Below are positions 14,808-29,900 of a stretch of 64,000 bases of DNA, piece after piece. The stretch comes from Antedon mediterranea (lineage: Eukaryota > Animalia > Echinodermata): assembly GCF_964355755.1 (NCBI RefSeq), contig NC_092671.1, positions 14,136,001 to 14,200,000 of the forward strand. Direction: 5' to 3'. The translations under genes were made by a program, and so were the position numbers. Positions within the stretch are counted from its first letter, which is position 1; the number at the start of each line of letters is the position of its first letter. The notes beneath the pieces are model-generated. The model worked only from the letters and a program-made list of their open reading frames with translations, was not told where the DNA came from and searched no databases.

Positions 14808-16770
14808 AGGTTCTACAGTATTAAGTGCATATCAATAATACAGTTACAAGTCTGTCCCATCTATAACCTGCAACCATACCATCTCAACAGGGTCAATGTT
14901 CACTCCTCTACCACGAGGCCTACTAGTACTTCATAAACTTTGTGTAGGTAGTGAAGCCATCATTGCAGTAGAATTTCGATTTCAAGGACTTCAAAAGTAC
15001 TTCCATTTTATTAAACAATCATTAGCAAGCAAACAACACCCAACAATTGAAAAACCCCAAGTTAAAATTCCTAAAATTGTTTTAGAATTAAAGATAAAAG
15101 ACTTTACATGACATGATGTTACCACAGTATTAACATATGATGGGGCGTGTGGTAATCATAACCTTATCTTGTGATGATGATTGATAGAATGGCTTCCTTT
15201 AAGGGAAATACCAGAGTTGTAATTTACAAAGGTATCTCCATTACTTTACTGTAGCTTGTAGACAGGGGATTGTTAAAAAGGTTGGTTTCTGCTGCATACA
15301 GTAGGGCCGTATATCGTTTATTTCAAAATAGATTTAAAATATAGTTTTTATACAGACTGCATTTCTGCTCAATTTTTGTGTTTAAATCAGTGGGTGGTCG
15401 TCGATGAACTGTTTTCAATCTCCTGTAAATATAAAATTATTTCAGAACGCGATAAAAAAAATACGGGTAAGAATGCTTTATGTGGAGGATAAAATATATT
15501 TTAGAAAAGTAATATGTACAACAGTACTATTTTTATAGGTATAGTTAAAAAAAATTAAAATTGGTTTGAGGGTTAGCTGTATTTTGGGTAATTTTAATTT
15601 TATGGGCTATTACAGTTTAGCACTAAAACATATGTAGTAGTTTGCCTTTATTTAAATGCAATGTGGAATGTTACATAGAACTGAAGGTCTTATCTGATGA
15701 TTTATGTGCATTCTACCAAATTGTTAGCTTCATAATAAAATCCAAGGACTGTCAGAAAAAACTTTAGAAGAACTTTAGATCCAATCCAAGGTAAATTAAA
15801 AGTGTGTTGTTAACACAATTAATAAAAATACATGCTTGCTTTCTGCAGGCTAGAGTTTTGTAACCTTCTACCTGCATTCAAACTACCAAAAATAAATAAT
15901 TTAAATCTTCAGCAAAGAGCAGACAAATCCAGCCTAATTTTTTTAATATCTAGCATTAATGCATAAACGTTTTAGTTTATAGAAACACACCAATAATTCA
16001 ATAATGGTACTTCCTATGTTATTTTATGACCTCCAATAAAAATGCAAAACAATGGTTGCACATCATAAAACAACATTGATCCAGACAATGATAGAGGCCG
16101 GGTAATAAACAATGCATATAATAATCAAGTTAAAGAAAAATTGTCATTGTTTTTTTTCTCATGATATTACACCTTATTAATTATACAGTAGCTACTATAG
16201 TACTAATGTACTGCTGTAATTAATAAGCTATTAAAGTTCTACAGTATTAAGTGCATATCAATAATACAGTTACAAGTCTGTCCCATCTATAACCTGTAAC
16301 CATACCATCTTAACAGGGTCAATGTTCACTCCTCTCCTACCAGTACTTCACAAACTTTGTGTACAGTAGGTAGTGAAGCCATCATTGCAGTAGAATTTCG
16401 ATTTCAAGGACTTAAAAAATTACTTCCATTTTATTAAACCATCATTAGCAAGCAAACAACACCCAACAATTGAAAAACCCCAAGGTAAAATTCCTAAAAT
16501 TGTTTTAGAATTTAAAGAGAAAAGACTTTACATACATGATGTTACTACAGTATTAACATATGATGGGGCGTGTGGTAATCATAACCTTATCTTGTGATGA
16601 TAATTGATAGAATGGCTTCCTTTAAGGGAAATACCAGAGTTGCTTTGTATTGTAATAAACAAAGCATAAATCAAGTTAAAGAAAAATCTTCATTGTTTTT
16701 TTCTTATGATATCACACCTTATTATACAGTAGCTACTATAGTACTATGTACTGCTGTAATTAATAAGCTA
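14808..16770 (+). repeat. Local direct duplication of ~550 bp; first copy has ~880 bp of extra sequence
   Basis: ~14810-15219 matches ~16217-16642, and ~16103-16210 matches ~16652-16770, with few substitutions. Confidence 0.85.
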
Positions 16771-17867
16771 CAGTATATACAGCAGCTCTGACAAAAGCAT
16801 GGTTAAATCACAAAATATCACATTTGTGTCCTACAGTATAATGCAGTAAAATGAGTAAAATCCAATCCAACGCCCTTCTAACATTAGACCCACAACACAT
16901 TACATCTTAATATACCCTTATACTGTTCTGTACAGTCACATTGCCTAGCAAAACTTCAGAGATTACTACACAGAAACATCAACACCTGTGTTTCGCACAG
17001 CACTGTGTCCGCGTCAGTGTGTGCTCTGGTGTGTTGATGATTTGTGCCAGGAGATATGAACGTGGTAATATAATACTCCACAGTTTTATGTAGAAAGCAT
17101 GGGTAAAATCTCATCCTACAAATTATTGGGTTATACCGATTATTCACGGCTGTACTAAATATTTCAAGACCATGAAAAACCTGAATAAGTGATAGAACCT
17201 TGTTTGGGTCATTGCATTGTGAATAATATCAGTAAATCCCATACTAAATCCAATGCTTATTACAGTAATGGGCCTTGCAACATCAGGAAGATATCAGGTT
17301 CATTCCATAAGTTTTCCACCTCATAAAAAATGCCAGAAGTTCAAATTACTATTCTATAGGAAATTTTTTACCTGCAACACCCATTGTCCCTTTCAGAATA
17401 CAGTACTATATAGACTAATACTATAACCAGGAAAGTAAACAAACTACATTATAATATATATTTGATTGGCATTTGGTTTAACACACTAAATAAATAGTTA
17501 ATAGTGTTTGTTACCTGAATCATAAACTACAAAGATTATTGTTCTATTGAATCTCTATTCTGATTTAAAGACACAGAACGTGTGAAATATTATTATCTCT
17601 ATTAGTATCAGAGGTATACTTAGTAATAATTGAATTAACAGAGCTGAAAAGGAGGTCGTCATATTCAGAAAACAGATTATTATTAACCTTGTGGACACTT
17701 TCTCTAATTAAAATTATGATTGATTTGTTCCTTTTATGACAGTAATTCAGTATAGTACATAAGAAACTAGACCAGCGTCCCGCAAAATGTTTAAATTGCA
17801 ACCAATCACATTTTGTTTGAGACCAATTGGTTATGGAAAGGGTCTACAACACAGTATAATAATAATG

Positions 17868-18765
17868 TCTTGGACTGGCTATGTACTGTATGGAACTGGC
17901 TATGTACTGTATGGGACATGCTATGTACTGTCTGGGACTCGTACTGTCTGGGACTGCTTACTGTATGGACTGGATATGTACTGTATGGGACTGGCTGTAT
18001 ACTGTCTGGGACTGGCTGTATACTGTCTAGGACTGGCTGTATACTGTCTGGGACTGGCTGTATACTGTCTGGGACTGGCTGTATACTGTCTGGGACTGGC
18101 TGTATACTGTCTAGGACTGGCTGTATACTGTCTAGGACTGGCTGTATACTGTCTGGGACTGGCTGTATACTGTCTAGGACTGGCTGTATACTGTCTGGGA
18201 CTGGCTGTATACTGTCTGGGACTGGCTGTATACTGTCTGGGACTGGCTGTATACTGTCTGGGACTGGCTGTATACTGTCTAGGACTGGCTGTATACTGTC
18301 TGGGACTGGCTGTATACTGTCTGGGACTGGCTGTATACTGTCTGGGACTGGCTGTATACTGTCTAGGACTGGCTGTATACTGTCTAGGACTGGCTGTATA
18401 CTGTCTGGGACTGGCTGTATACTGTCTGGGACTGGCTGTATACTGTCTAGGACTGGCTGTATACTGTCTAGGACTGGCTGTATACTGTCTGGGACTGGCT
18501 GTATACTGTCTGGGACTGGCTGTATACTGTCTAGGACTGGCTGTATACTGTCTGGGACTGGCTGTATACTGTCTGGGACTGGCTGTATACTGTCTAGGAC
18601 TGGCTGTATACTGTCTGGGACTGGCTGTATACTGTCTGGGACTGGCTGTATACTGTCTAGGACTGGCTGTATACTGTCTGGGACTGGCTGTATACTGTCT
18701 GGGACTGGCTGTATACTGTCTGGGACTGGCTGTATACTGTCTGGAACTGGTTATGTACTGTGTCT
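17868..18765 (+). repeat. 21-bp minisatellite (CTGGGACTGGCTGTATACTGT), about 40 copies
   Basis: Directly visible; one G/A variant site (ctgg/ctag); degenerate edges; lies in EGFR intron 1. Confidence 0.97.
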
Positions 18766-20092
18766 GAGACTGTATGTGTACTATATGGATAGGCTATGGT
18801 TTGGCAAGGAAGAAAAAACCCTGAACTAATGAAATTTTGTAAAAAGCTCATTTAACAAAAAAAAAACATTGATTCCAATTTAATTCACTTAGGTGCAGCA
18901 AGAAATCAAAAGATAAAGGTGACACAGGGTTACCTGTAAATCAGTTTACTGATCCATGAAGATTAGAAAAACGATTCCTGGCTAAGTGCAAATCCTATTG
19001 ATTGTGACCTAAAGTAGGTGAAATAGACTATCTATAATGACCTGAAAAGTTCAGGGAGTTGAAACTGTTGGAGGAAATAAAAGTGACACTTTTATACTGT
19101 ATACAAGGTATAAACAAATTCATTATTATAAACAATGTTATGGCCCAATGAAAAGTGAGATGACACTCTTTGCAGTTCAGCAGGAAATCAAGTGAACTTA
19201 ACTACTGCCGCAATGATTAAATCAAAACCGAAGTATTGTTTTAAAATGCTTCATGAAGTTACGCTGAACGGTAAATTTACTTACAAATGTTGGACATGTC
19301 GTTTATTGAATATGTTCATGGAATGTTCTACATTAACTGATGAGAACTAAATGAAGTCTTTATATTTCAGAATGTAGCGTTCTTTTGTGTGCAAATACTG
19401 TAGAAGCAATAGAGTATGCTTATTTCACGTACAAAATAGCCTTGGGTTGTGCAAAGAACAAGTTAATACAAAATCCTAGGATCAGTTTAAAAAATATGAA
19501 ATCTTAATGTGTACATTATCGTTTCCTATATTAGATGTCTAATAACTTATTTATTCAGTATACCACTACCAGAATTTCAACCTGGTTTATAGATTTTAGT
19601 GAGAAATTATTGTTTTTTAGGATTAATAATAATTAAAGATATGCACTGTAAAGAAACAAGGCTACCTGGCATAGTATTAGTATATTTTTTCATTCATTTA
19701 TTTATATAAACTCAACAGGCATAGAACGGCTTCGGCTGAATGGACCACTCTCATAAAACATTGTTGAAATAAAAAATAAATATAAATAAAATTCTAAACT
19801 GCCTGGTGATAAAGAATAAATAAAGAATTTTGTTCTAAACTGTTGAAAATTATTATAAATTATCATTTCTTTTTATTTAATAATTGTTCAAACTATTATT
19901 TTCAGTCTATTGACCTCCACTCGCCTTATCACAGTACCCGCCACCTACCACCGGAATGCCCTACCACCAGCTTGGTCCTGTTCTTCTGGTGGTCAGCAGC
20001 CAGGCAGGACGGAGTTGTACCACCCTTCGTCCATCCAGCCTAGAAAAAGAATACAAAATGAAAGGGGGAAAAAGTATGATTAACTGGCTTAC

Positions 20093-20162
20093 CCTCTTTA
20101 GATTCTGTTGTCCTAAACCATATAAAAAGGAAAATCGTGTATCTCCATAACGTGTAAGCCAT
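20093..20162 (-). CDS. EGFR: EGFR/ErbB-family receptor, coding exon 1 (signal peptide)
   Basis: MAYTLWRYTIFLFIWFRTTESKE then G|gtaag; the phase-1 donor joins exon 2 in frame across a 13.4-kb intron. Confidence 0.75.
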
Positions 20163-20913
20163 TATCTTTTATTTTTATTGCAATTCAACATACGTCTGCT
20201 TAAAAAAAGAACTCAACACAATATCAAGACACACCACCACTGCGCTCAAATACAACGAAACTTCTTCTAAACGTGTTTCACAACAACCCACACACTTGAC
20301 ATCAAAGGTGAACGCCCTTTGAGTATCATCACGATGGTGGCGTAAACATGATTTAAAGCGTCACCAGCCATCATTGGCAAGATATTTGTTAAAAGAAAAT
20401 AAGTAAAAACGATTCTTTTTTCTCAAACATTATTGTAATTGACTCCACTAAAACAGCAATTAAAAAAAACCCGAAAAAATAATTGAGCGAAAAGGCGTAA
20501 ATTATTTACACAAGTCGTCACGTAACCACACACCGAACATGTACCACCTGTACTACTTTGACTGTTGGTGGCGCTGTGGTTATATACAAAATAAACTTTA
20601 TTGATTGCCGTATTTACATGCGAGAGAAATTTTAGAAATATATACAAAAAATAGACTATAATTACGGATGTTCCCTAACTGTATAGTTATTTTTATCAGT
20701 AATGATGGTAAATAGATAATTTAGTTGATCGGTTGATTAGACATCTTTTAGATTGAATGTAGCTAAGTTATTGTGACTGCATGTTTTCTTAGGCCCCCTG
20801 TGTAGCAGATTTTGCTAGTTTTCTATCAAAATTGTCGCCAGTTGAAACTAATTTCAGCCCTTTCAGAATTTCAAAACAGGCAATGTCATGTGCCTAGGCT
20901 AGTAGTAGAATAG
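20163..20913. promoter_or_regulatory. Putative shared bidirectional promoter/5'UTR region of EGFR and TMEM237
   Basis: About 750 bp between divergent inferred start codons; locally CpG-richer; GTCACGT CRE/E-box-like motif near 20517. Confidence 0.45.
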
Positions 20914-23900
20914 ATGGACTACATAGCAACGGCAAGTTAACACGATTATTAAATCAGCAACAAAACAAATTATTTTGTTGCTCCATCATGATTAAATGAA
21001 TAAATATGGAATTTAAATTTTTACCTACCATTTTTTAGTAATAGTAGGCCTCTAGCTAGCCGTAGTAGTAGTAGGTCTAGCTAGCCGTAGTAGGTAGGTC
21101 TGTGTGTATGTGTAGGCCTAGAGGCTATTATAAGTATTTTATAGATAAGCATATTAAGGTAGGCGAAAAAAAATTGATGGGTCGGGAAGTTGTTTCTGAT
21201 ATTGAAACCTTTTATCAATTATGCTCCGATTTATATTTGAAATATTCTCCAGTTTTGTAGAAACTACAACACTGATTACATAATAGTAATACATTTTACA
21301 TCTACAGTTTTTCCCTATGTTGACGCGTGGTGAGTCGATCCGTAGCTTACACATAATTGGGAATCGAGGACGGGGCAATGGACGCTTTTGACGCATAGTG
21401 TGTTGTTAATATACAAGTGGAGAATCAGGGAGACATGGATTTAATAATCTATTAACTGGTTCTACGACGCTATTTTTCTGTAGTTTGCAAAGGAGTGTGT
21501 AACTTGACATAAAAACTGCGAACTCTTAATGATTACCAGAGAATGTTTTTTATGATTGTTAAACAATGAAATTGTGTGATGAACAAGAAAATTGTTTATA
21601 TGAAAATACTTTCTAGAAGCAATATAAAAGTCACAATAGTAGGCCTACAATTTGTTTGCATTTGAAAACATACAACATTGTAGGCTAGTTATATTTGCTT
21701 TTAAATTTTAGCATATTAAAAAGTCCATTAAAATAAAATGCTGTTGTGTTTTTTTTTTAAATATTGATGTTTGTCAATACAGTTTGTGTTGTGTTTTAAA
21801 TGGTACATTTTTTTGAATTCAAGAATTTATGAGGTTATAATTTTGTTACAGGATACGCCAAGTAAACGAAGAAGTTTACCTCCACTTGGTACCAATATTG
21901 AAAATGGTAAATTAAAAATTTTATATTTAAACCAAACCTATTAAATTATACATGGTAATAAAAACTAGACTAGTGTGATATATTGGTGTGTATATAACTT
22001 AAATAACATGACGGTTTGTACCTACTTTTAAAGCTGTGTGCACCATAATATAAATATAAAAGCGAGAAAGCAAATATTTGAAAATATCTGTATATAATCT
22101 ACAGTATTGATTAGGTTTACTTCATGATCATTTGTACCATAGAGAAGTAAAGTAGAGTATCATTTAATGTATTAACATACATTTAATATTTGATTATACG
22201 TGTAACCACCCAAAAACAATCATAAACGCCTCCCTTTATTAAATGCCAAATAAATATAAATATATATAAAATTATGTTGTATAGTAAAAAATATAATTCT
22301 GTGCCATGCTCCTGTACTTCTCAATATGTTTGTTTCTTAGAATAATAATGTATGATCTATTGTCTTTCTATGAATGCATTATCTAATGTAAAGCTTATTC
22401 ATTGGTTCATAAGTTCATACGTCTATCTTTTTATTAAAGACAGTATTTATTTATTAAAATTATAATTAATATTTCAAAAATAAAATAAGAATAAAATAAT
22501 ACAAATACATACTACTCTAATTACACATTTAAGGCAAAATTATTTTGGTTCATTTTTTACCTGATGTCGGTCTAAATACACCCTGTCTTTTTTCCTCTAA
22601 AATGTTAGCAGATATGAGTATAAATTAATCATAGGGTCATAATAAAAATAGTATAAAAAAATATTATTTTAATTGATGTTGTGTTTTTATTTTTGCTTAT
22701 TTCTTTTTCATAGATGTTCCATCCCCTAGTAGAAAGCGAGTGAAATCTAAAAAAAAACTTGAAGGTAAAAATATTAAAATTCTATTTTATTGGTAATATC
22801 TTTCAAATGTCTAGACTTTAGACTTGAAAAATCTATATTGAAGGTAAAGATATGAATATATGAATTGTTTTTAGTGGATGCAAGTGATTCACAGCAGTCA
22901 GGCATTAATAAAAATGCAACAACTGTCTCTGAAGAACAAGGTAATCCTAGTACAGATGTCACTGATGGTAGAAAACGAACACGTAGGAAAAAACGACCAA
23001 CTTCAGGATTCGATCCAGACAGTGGGGAAGGTGAGAACATGGACGATGATGTACCTATAAACACATCCAGAACATCTAATGGAGCTCCAAGGCGCAAAAG
23101 AGGTAAATTTAAATTGTTTTTTAACATAGTAGGTATATTCAGATTGTTTTTTCTCCTGATAATAATACGTGGTCCAGGACTCTGAGCAATATAAAAGGAC
23201 ACTTAGCACACATGCAATGTAGATGTGGGTCTTCAATTTGATAGTAAGGTTATGGTTGTTCCATACACGAGCGTGAAGTCTTCCAAAAGTGGTTGCTGCT
23301 TTTCCAATACGTGCAAATAAATGAACCCAACAGAACTCATCCGTAGCAGAGAAGTACTTTCTTAGTTAAATAATGTTTTGGGCCTGAGGTTATCATTGTC
23401 CTGATATATATTTTCAGATTGTGCAACAACATACCCATTTATAATAATTGCCACACTGAAACCTATGTAAATAGATGCTAGATTTCTTACAGTAATTTAA
23501 GCATTTATATTGTAGTTGAAATGTTCAATGAAGTATTAGTAGTAAAAGTATTATGACAGTGTTAAATGGACGTACATGAATGCTCATCTATTAAACTAAT
23601 GTCTTCCCCACTTCCAATTGCTTTAAAAAAGCATCATAGGTAATCTAAATTGTATTGAACTTCTTCTAAGGATCAATTATTCAAAATCTCAGCAAATTCA
23701 TTTAATATTACATATATTTCTGTTTCTACTGGCAAGAAATAACCATAACCACTTGTGTTATAAACGTAGTATAGAAAATAAAATGTGGAATAATAATAGA
23801 AATGATAATTTACCCTTATACTTAATCCCACCAAATATTTTAGAGTGCTTGAATCCACAGCGTTGCATTCATACGTTAAAACCACCGACAGAGTTGAGCA

Positions 23901-26900
23901 TTCATTTCATTTCATTTCATTTATTTCGTCTCACTTATAACAAAAAATAACAAACAATAGAGAGAGGCAGAATTGTTATGTAGTAAACAGAAATTCTCCC
24001 AGCAGATATTTAAATACCCGAGTTCTTTACATTAAAAACAGTAAAATTAAGAAATGATTACAATGTATTTAAAGAATGAATAGATAGTAATTTTTTTTAA
24101 TCTAATGTTTTATAAACACATAATTATGATTAATAGAATTATTACTTTTGTGATATTTTTATTTTATTTTTTTTAAATCTTAATTAACTTCAGAAAGCGC
24201 AGCTCGTATTCAACGTATTCAGAGGTCGGTAAGCGATGATGGTTTAGCTGAAATTCCAAAAAGTTCTACAAAGAAAAAACGTCGCCCACGATCAAAGCTT
24301 ATTGGTGAGATACATGTTATTTGAAGTCATATTTTTTACTCTACATTGTTGTAGATGTAGTGTGATGAACTCAATAAAAAGAAACATAGAAATGTTAATA
24401 ATCAATTATTTTTTTATATAGAAAGCGAGGATGATGCTATTACTCCTACAGGAAAACCACCGGCTGGTCGTGGAGGAAAAACAAAACGGAAAAAAACGCC
24501 AAAGTATGTTGATAATTAATTAAGAAGCATTTATATCATGATATATATGCCAAGTTACATAGTTTTTAGCATGGAGCTATGAATTATAGCTCCATGTTTT
24601 GAGTATGGTACTAACCATTTGTTTTCATGCATGCCACTCGACTATGCTATTGAGTCTAACAGTCATTCCTGGCATAATAATATGTTTCTGACCATGTCCG
24701 GAATGGTCATTCATTCATACTCAACAGCTGTGTAGTTGCTTGACAGGCTGTAATAGACGATAGATTGTTAATATCAACCATATGAAGTATTTCTTTCTTG
24801 AAATTGTCTTTTAAATTTATCAACAATATAATTAAACTGTCTAAATTTAAGAATTTGAGAAATGAGAAATATTGTAATTAATTTGTATTTAACCTCTTTT
24901 TATGTAGGTTACCTGGCTCTGGGGATGATGATTATTTAGCTGATGGAGAAGGTATTAAAAGATTAAATAAAGTTGATTAATTTTGTCTAATAAAATGTGT
25001 GGAATATTCCATGATATTTTATACATTTTTTTTATACTATTATTTAGAGATGTATTGTCTCCCAAAACATAATATATAAATAAATAAGATTTATAAAAAG
25101 TTTTTTACTTCCACAGGAAAAAAACCCACAAATACACTGATTTTACTTATACGGAAGCAAAATAAGTTAGCCAAAGGGCTTTCAATCAACTACTTTTTTT
25201 CTTTATGTTTTCAGCTAAATAAATTGGTTTATATTGTTGGTCAAAGTGAATAACTATTCAATAAAAAAAATTGCCTATTCAAAAAATTTGTTTGGGTGGC
25301 AACAATCTTTAAACAATTGCCATCTGGTATATAACACTTTTTTCTACACTATCAAACTAGTTTGACAAAAAAAATATGGTAGTGATATGCCCAAATGTGG
25401 AAGTGATACAGTATGACATCATGTCCATATATGGGAACATCACATTTTTTTGTCGCATAACGTTTGATAGTGTAGACAGAGCTTTATAAAACCAAATTAC
25501 TAGTAATCGAACTTCCACAACTCAAATTTAGAGGAACATTTCTGGACATTTTTTTTTTACAGCTATGTCAACTATAGAGTTCCTTGTATCAGCAGAGGAT
25601 ATAGTAACCGAAGATAAAACGACTGATTCTAACCAACCAATTACAGCAGCAACTCTACCGAGTCAACCAATCCCACGACTTTTCATGGAAAGAAAAGGTA
25701 AAAGGCCTGTACTTTGAATAACCCATCCTTTAAAGGGGGATTCTGGGTTTAAAATTGCTTTTAAATATCGTTTATTTATTAAATAAAAAAAAATATAACA
25801 ATATAGACATGTCAGAATGAAGAAGTAATAACGAGAAATTTAAAAAATTAAATTTCATATACATTTTAGGGTAAATTCATGGAAAGTCTGTTTTTCAGCA
25901 GCTTAGGGAAGCTCATTAATATTCATGAGATATTCACAAAATCACGTCACCAGTGGATTCCAAACTCGCGACGTCATGTACGTTGTGTTTGTCAACTAGG
26001 CCTAATTTACATCTCTCTTCCCTGTCAAACGACGACCACCCGATCATTGTGAAATACATTTTTTGTAGATTTTCTAAGCTAGGCCTAAAGTGTAATAATA
26101 ACAGTAGTAGCATATATTTATTTGACATTTAATGAAATACAAAATTTAGTACAGATTACGGAGTCATAAAGTATACTATTTTTATACCTCTATAGTACAG
26201 ATCGTATTATCGGCTTCACGTACAATACTACTCTAGGCCTAGCCTAATGGGCGAGAGCCATTCTGACTATAGGGATTCCATGCCACGATGGCTACGTTAA
26301 AACAATGGGGCCCATGGGCCTAGCTAGCCTACTACTACTAGACGATTCGCCCATAAATAACAAAACCCATCCTATCAACCAAAACTCCTAAACAATCTAA
26401 ACCTAAAACGTTCTACAAAATCGGCTGTAAATATTGAAGCAAAACAAGGTCCGATCGCCGTCCACATGTATGGTGTCCCGATCGTCTAAGTAGGCCTAAA
26501 ATAGGCTTAGTTTACTCTCCAAAAAAGCGGATACTCATGCATCAAGCAAGTAGACCAGGTAGTAGGAAGGAGATCTAGCTGATCCGGCCCAGTTAAAAAT
26601 TGAGCTAGCTATAGTGTAGTAGACCCTATGCGAATTGATACTACCAGGCCTTTTACTATAGGCTGCACTACAAAAATATTCCAACTCTCTCATTCGAGCT
26701 ATATTATCTATACCATTCCGGTAGGTCGAGTCGACCTTCAATCAAATACTGTACATCGTTCATGTTGTGATTATAGACGGGGTATACTCGACCCGACCAG
26801 TTTGGTATTGTATATTGTATCTGCTTATCACGTGACGATGCCAGGCATGGTGGGCAGCAGAGAGAGCACGTGTATCGTCGTCTCGCTCGATCGATCCTCA

Positions 26901-29900
26901 GCAGGAGGAATGTACAGTATACGTTACGCTTCATTGATTTTGATTTTTCGTCGGTGCGAAAATCGGCAAACGTAAAGTGCAAACATATCTAATTTTTCAC
27001 TGTTTTGATGAATTTTCATAAAAAATTGACTTTATAAATGGGAAGACCGACTAATATTACATCAGATAAGTATAATTTTACAAAAGTAATTGATATGGTT
27101 AATGATAACGAGTCGTCGGAAGATGGACCATTTCACGAATTTCCTATTTTGTAACCACAGTGTGATTTTGCCGTAGCTGCACTTGTAATCTGGCCTGATT
27201 TCACAGCCTTCGTTCTGCTTCACTGGGTGCTTATATAAATTGAAACTTTTACCGTTCAAGAGACAAACAAATATATTTTACATTTTTTACTATTCGGTTT
27301 AAACCCGGAACCCCCCTTTAAGACACCCCTATTCAGTTACTCTTCTGTGAAACAAGGGCCAATATATGTTTTAACACTATGTTAAAAACATATTGTGTGA
27401 TATTTGTTCAGTAGCACTGACGAGTATTTTTCCTCCTCAATTTTCTTAATGTAACTGCCATTTATCTGTAAATCTTTTTATCCGCACCGATCAATGTTAA
27501 TACAAGCTACATTCTATTTAAGACCTTTAGTTTGTGAAATTTTGTTAACACATTTGGAGTTAATACTGTTAAATCCAAGCTCTAGAACTTCGATTTTTCT
27601 AAGATGCACTGATAACTGTAGATGTAAACATCTAAATGAACTAACAATTGAGAGACTTTGATCTGTTACAAATTGTATTTGTCAATGCAACCAAACACAA
27701 GTTACTAAACTTATGTTGTCCACTTTTTGAAATTGGTACAATTCATTTTAAATGCTAATTATTCTTATTTATTTGATTTTAGATGGATTTAAGAGTGAAG
27801 ATAAAGCAAAGATGGCAAAGAGGCGGCAAAAAGAGGAAATGCCGCAACCAATCACAAGCAAGACGACAACAGAAGTTGCAATTGTATGTCCATGTATTGC
27901 TTTTTTTTAATGGTTTTTAAAAGTTTTGTATAAATTAAAAAAAGGTTACACTTAAATTGTGTGACTTATTAATTGATGTGTAAATGATGCTTTGTTGATG
28001 TGTTGTTATTTTTTTTTATAATACAAAAAAAGATGATTTTATGCCAATAAAACAATTCATCTATATTTTAATAATAGGCAAGTTGAAAGTTTATCACTTG
28101 TCATAATCGGAATTTAAGTTCCTTATCAGTATTTAAGGACTGACAGACATTCAAATGTATTGTTAATATTTTTAGGCTGCTCATAAGATGTCTCTGACAT
28201 TATCTCTCTACTGTCACGGCTTGTTAGCAGGTTTTGCTCTGTGGCAGTGTATAGTTGTGTATTCATTAAGTCAAGGATACGATAGTCTACCGATTGATGG
28301 AGATACAAGTTTTTTAATTCACTACAGTTCTTTAGCGCAACCAACTTCAACTATTTATTACCTCCTGTTAGCCCTTTGCACTGTTTCAATTTTTGATAGG
28401 TAAGGTTACTTCTTTATTATTTATTAGATATGTATTTATACAATGGATATTTGTATCTTGCATCATATCAAATCCCTTTTTCCTTGCAATACTTTTTATT
28501 TAATCATGATAACTAATGATTATAGTAATCAACTGTTATATTATTATCATTAAAACATTCAATAAAACACCCCAGTCGTATTTTCCCCAGATTTTTGTGT
28601 TTTTTTTAAATGTCTGTCCTCATTTTCTGTCTGTAATTTTGTTATGAATTTATTTTTTTTAATGTATTTTGACATTCTTTATATTTTGATATTTTCATAT
28701 AATAATATATTGTATAAATCAACTAATTCAAAATTCAATAAAAGTATTTTATCTTTATGTAACAATTTCCTGTTAAATTCTATTTGTGGTTGATAACCTT
28801 TTAACATTTATTATCACTAGATTTGATGTAGCTAGACCTGACAAGAAACTTTTCAGAGCACTTTTAACATTTAAATCTGGTGCAATAGCAATCTTATGTA
28901 AGTTTAAAATAAATTATATCATCTATAATAACCAATTGTTTATATAGATCATTACTGATGATGATGTATGAGAAACGGTGAGCGTGTTTGTTATTCTCCA
29001 AATGTTACAAAGCTTCATGCAAATGGCTAGCATTTATTTATTGTACAGATATATCACTTTGTCTAACATCAAATAAAAATCATTATGTTTGTTACATACT
29101 TTGGCCTAGTTGTTATGAATAATACAGCTTTATGAATTAAGACTAGTTTTCATAAGGCCGATATGCTCTATCAGTGAAGCGAAGCCACTGTCACAAACAA
29201 AACGCAAAGACAAACTGATTCAACTGCAGATTTGCCAATTAAAATATATGAAATCTCTATGTATGTTCAAGTTTTTTATTATAATAATAATTAAGGAAAT
29301 TTAATAAGCATCAAATGAACATTTAATCATAGTACTATCAAAAGATGGAAAAAAAAAATGAATAGGTATAATACAAACTAATAATTGGTCATTGGTACTC
29401 TATTTTCCAAAGTATGCAATGCAGGTCAACTCTATTTTAAAATTACTTGAAATTGGATATACTACATTGAATGATTTCATTCCTTTGGCAATGTTGTTGT
29501 TATTCTCTCATTATTCAGTGCCTGAGAGATTTTAATGCCAATGAACTGCTTAAGACTTCACATGACATACACTAGACTACTCCCTATATAGTGTATTTCA
29601 ATTTCATTCATTTCATTTTCATAGTAACATTTATTTCCTTCATAATATACAAAATAAATAATATAATACAAAATTCATGATGAGAAGAAAGATATGGTAG
29701 TTAAAACAATACAATTTTTTTTTTCTCATCTTTAAAATGAATAAAACAATACAATTGTGTTGATGAAATTTAAATTAAAAGCAAAACCTAGTCTAGCTTA
29801 TTAATGTACATGTGTATATTACTGTTATTTACATTGGTTGTTTTAATTACTTTATCATTTATATAGTATTTTTGTGTTTTTTTTTTATCAGTGTATTTTT

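Noticed and set aside
17787-18829. Long ORFs of (CLGLAVY)n and (ILSGTGC)n
   Set aside because: By-products of a 21-bp minisatellite whose unit is a multiple of 3; intronic, antisense to EGFR, no gene structure.
19906-20040. GC-rich block with an acceptor-like site just inside EGFR intron 1
   Set aside because: Splicing from exon 1 gives an in-frame TGA after about 15 codons; exon 1 joins 6727 cleanly; probably a repeat fragment, though a poison exon cannot be excluded.
23450-24050. Possible decayed LINE 3' region with (CATTT)n tail
   Set aside because: Too degenerate to assign boundaries or family by eye.
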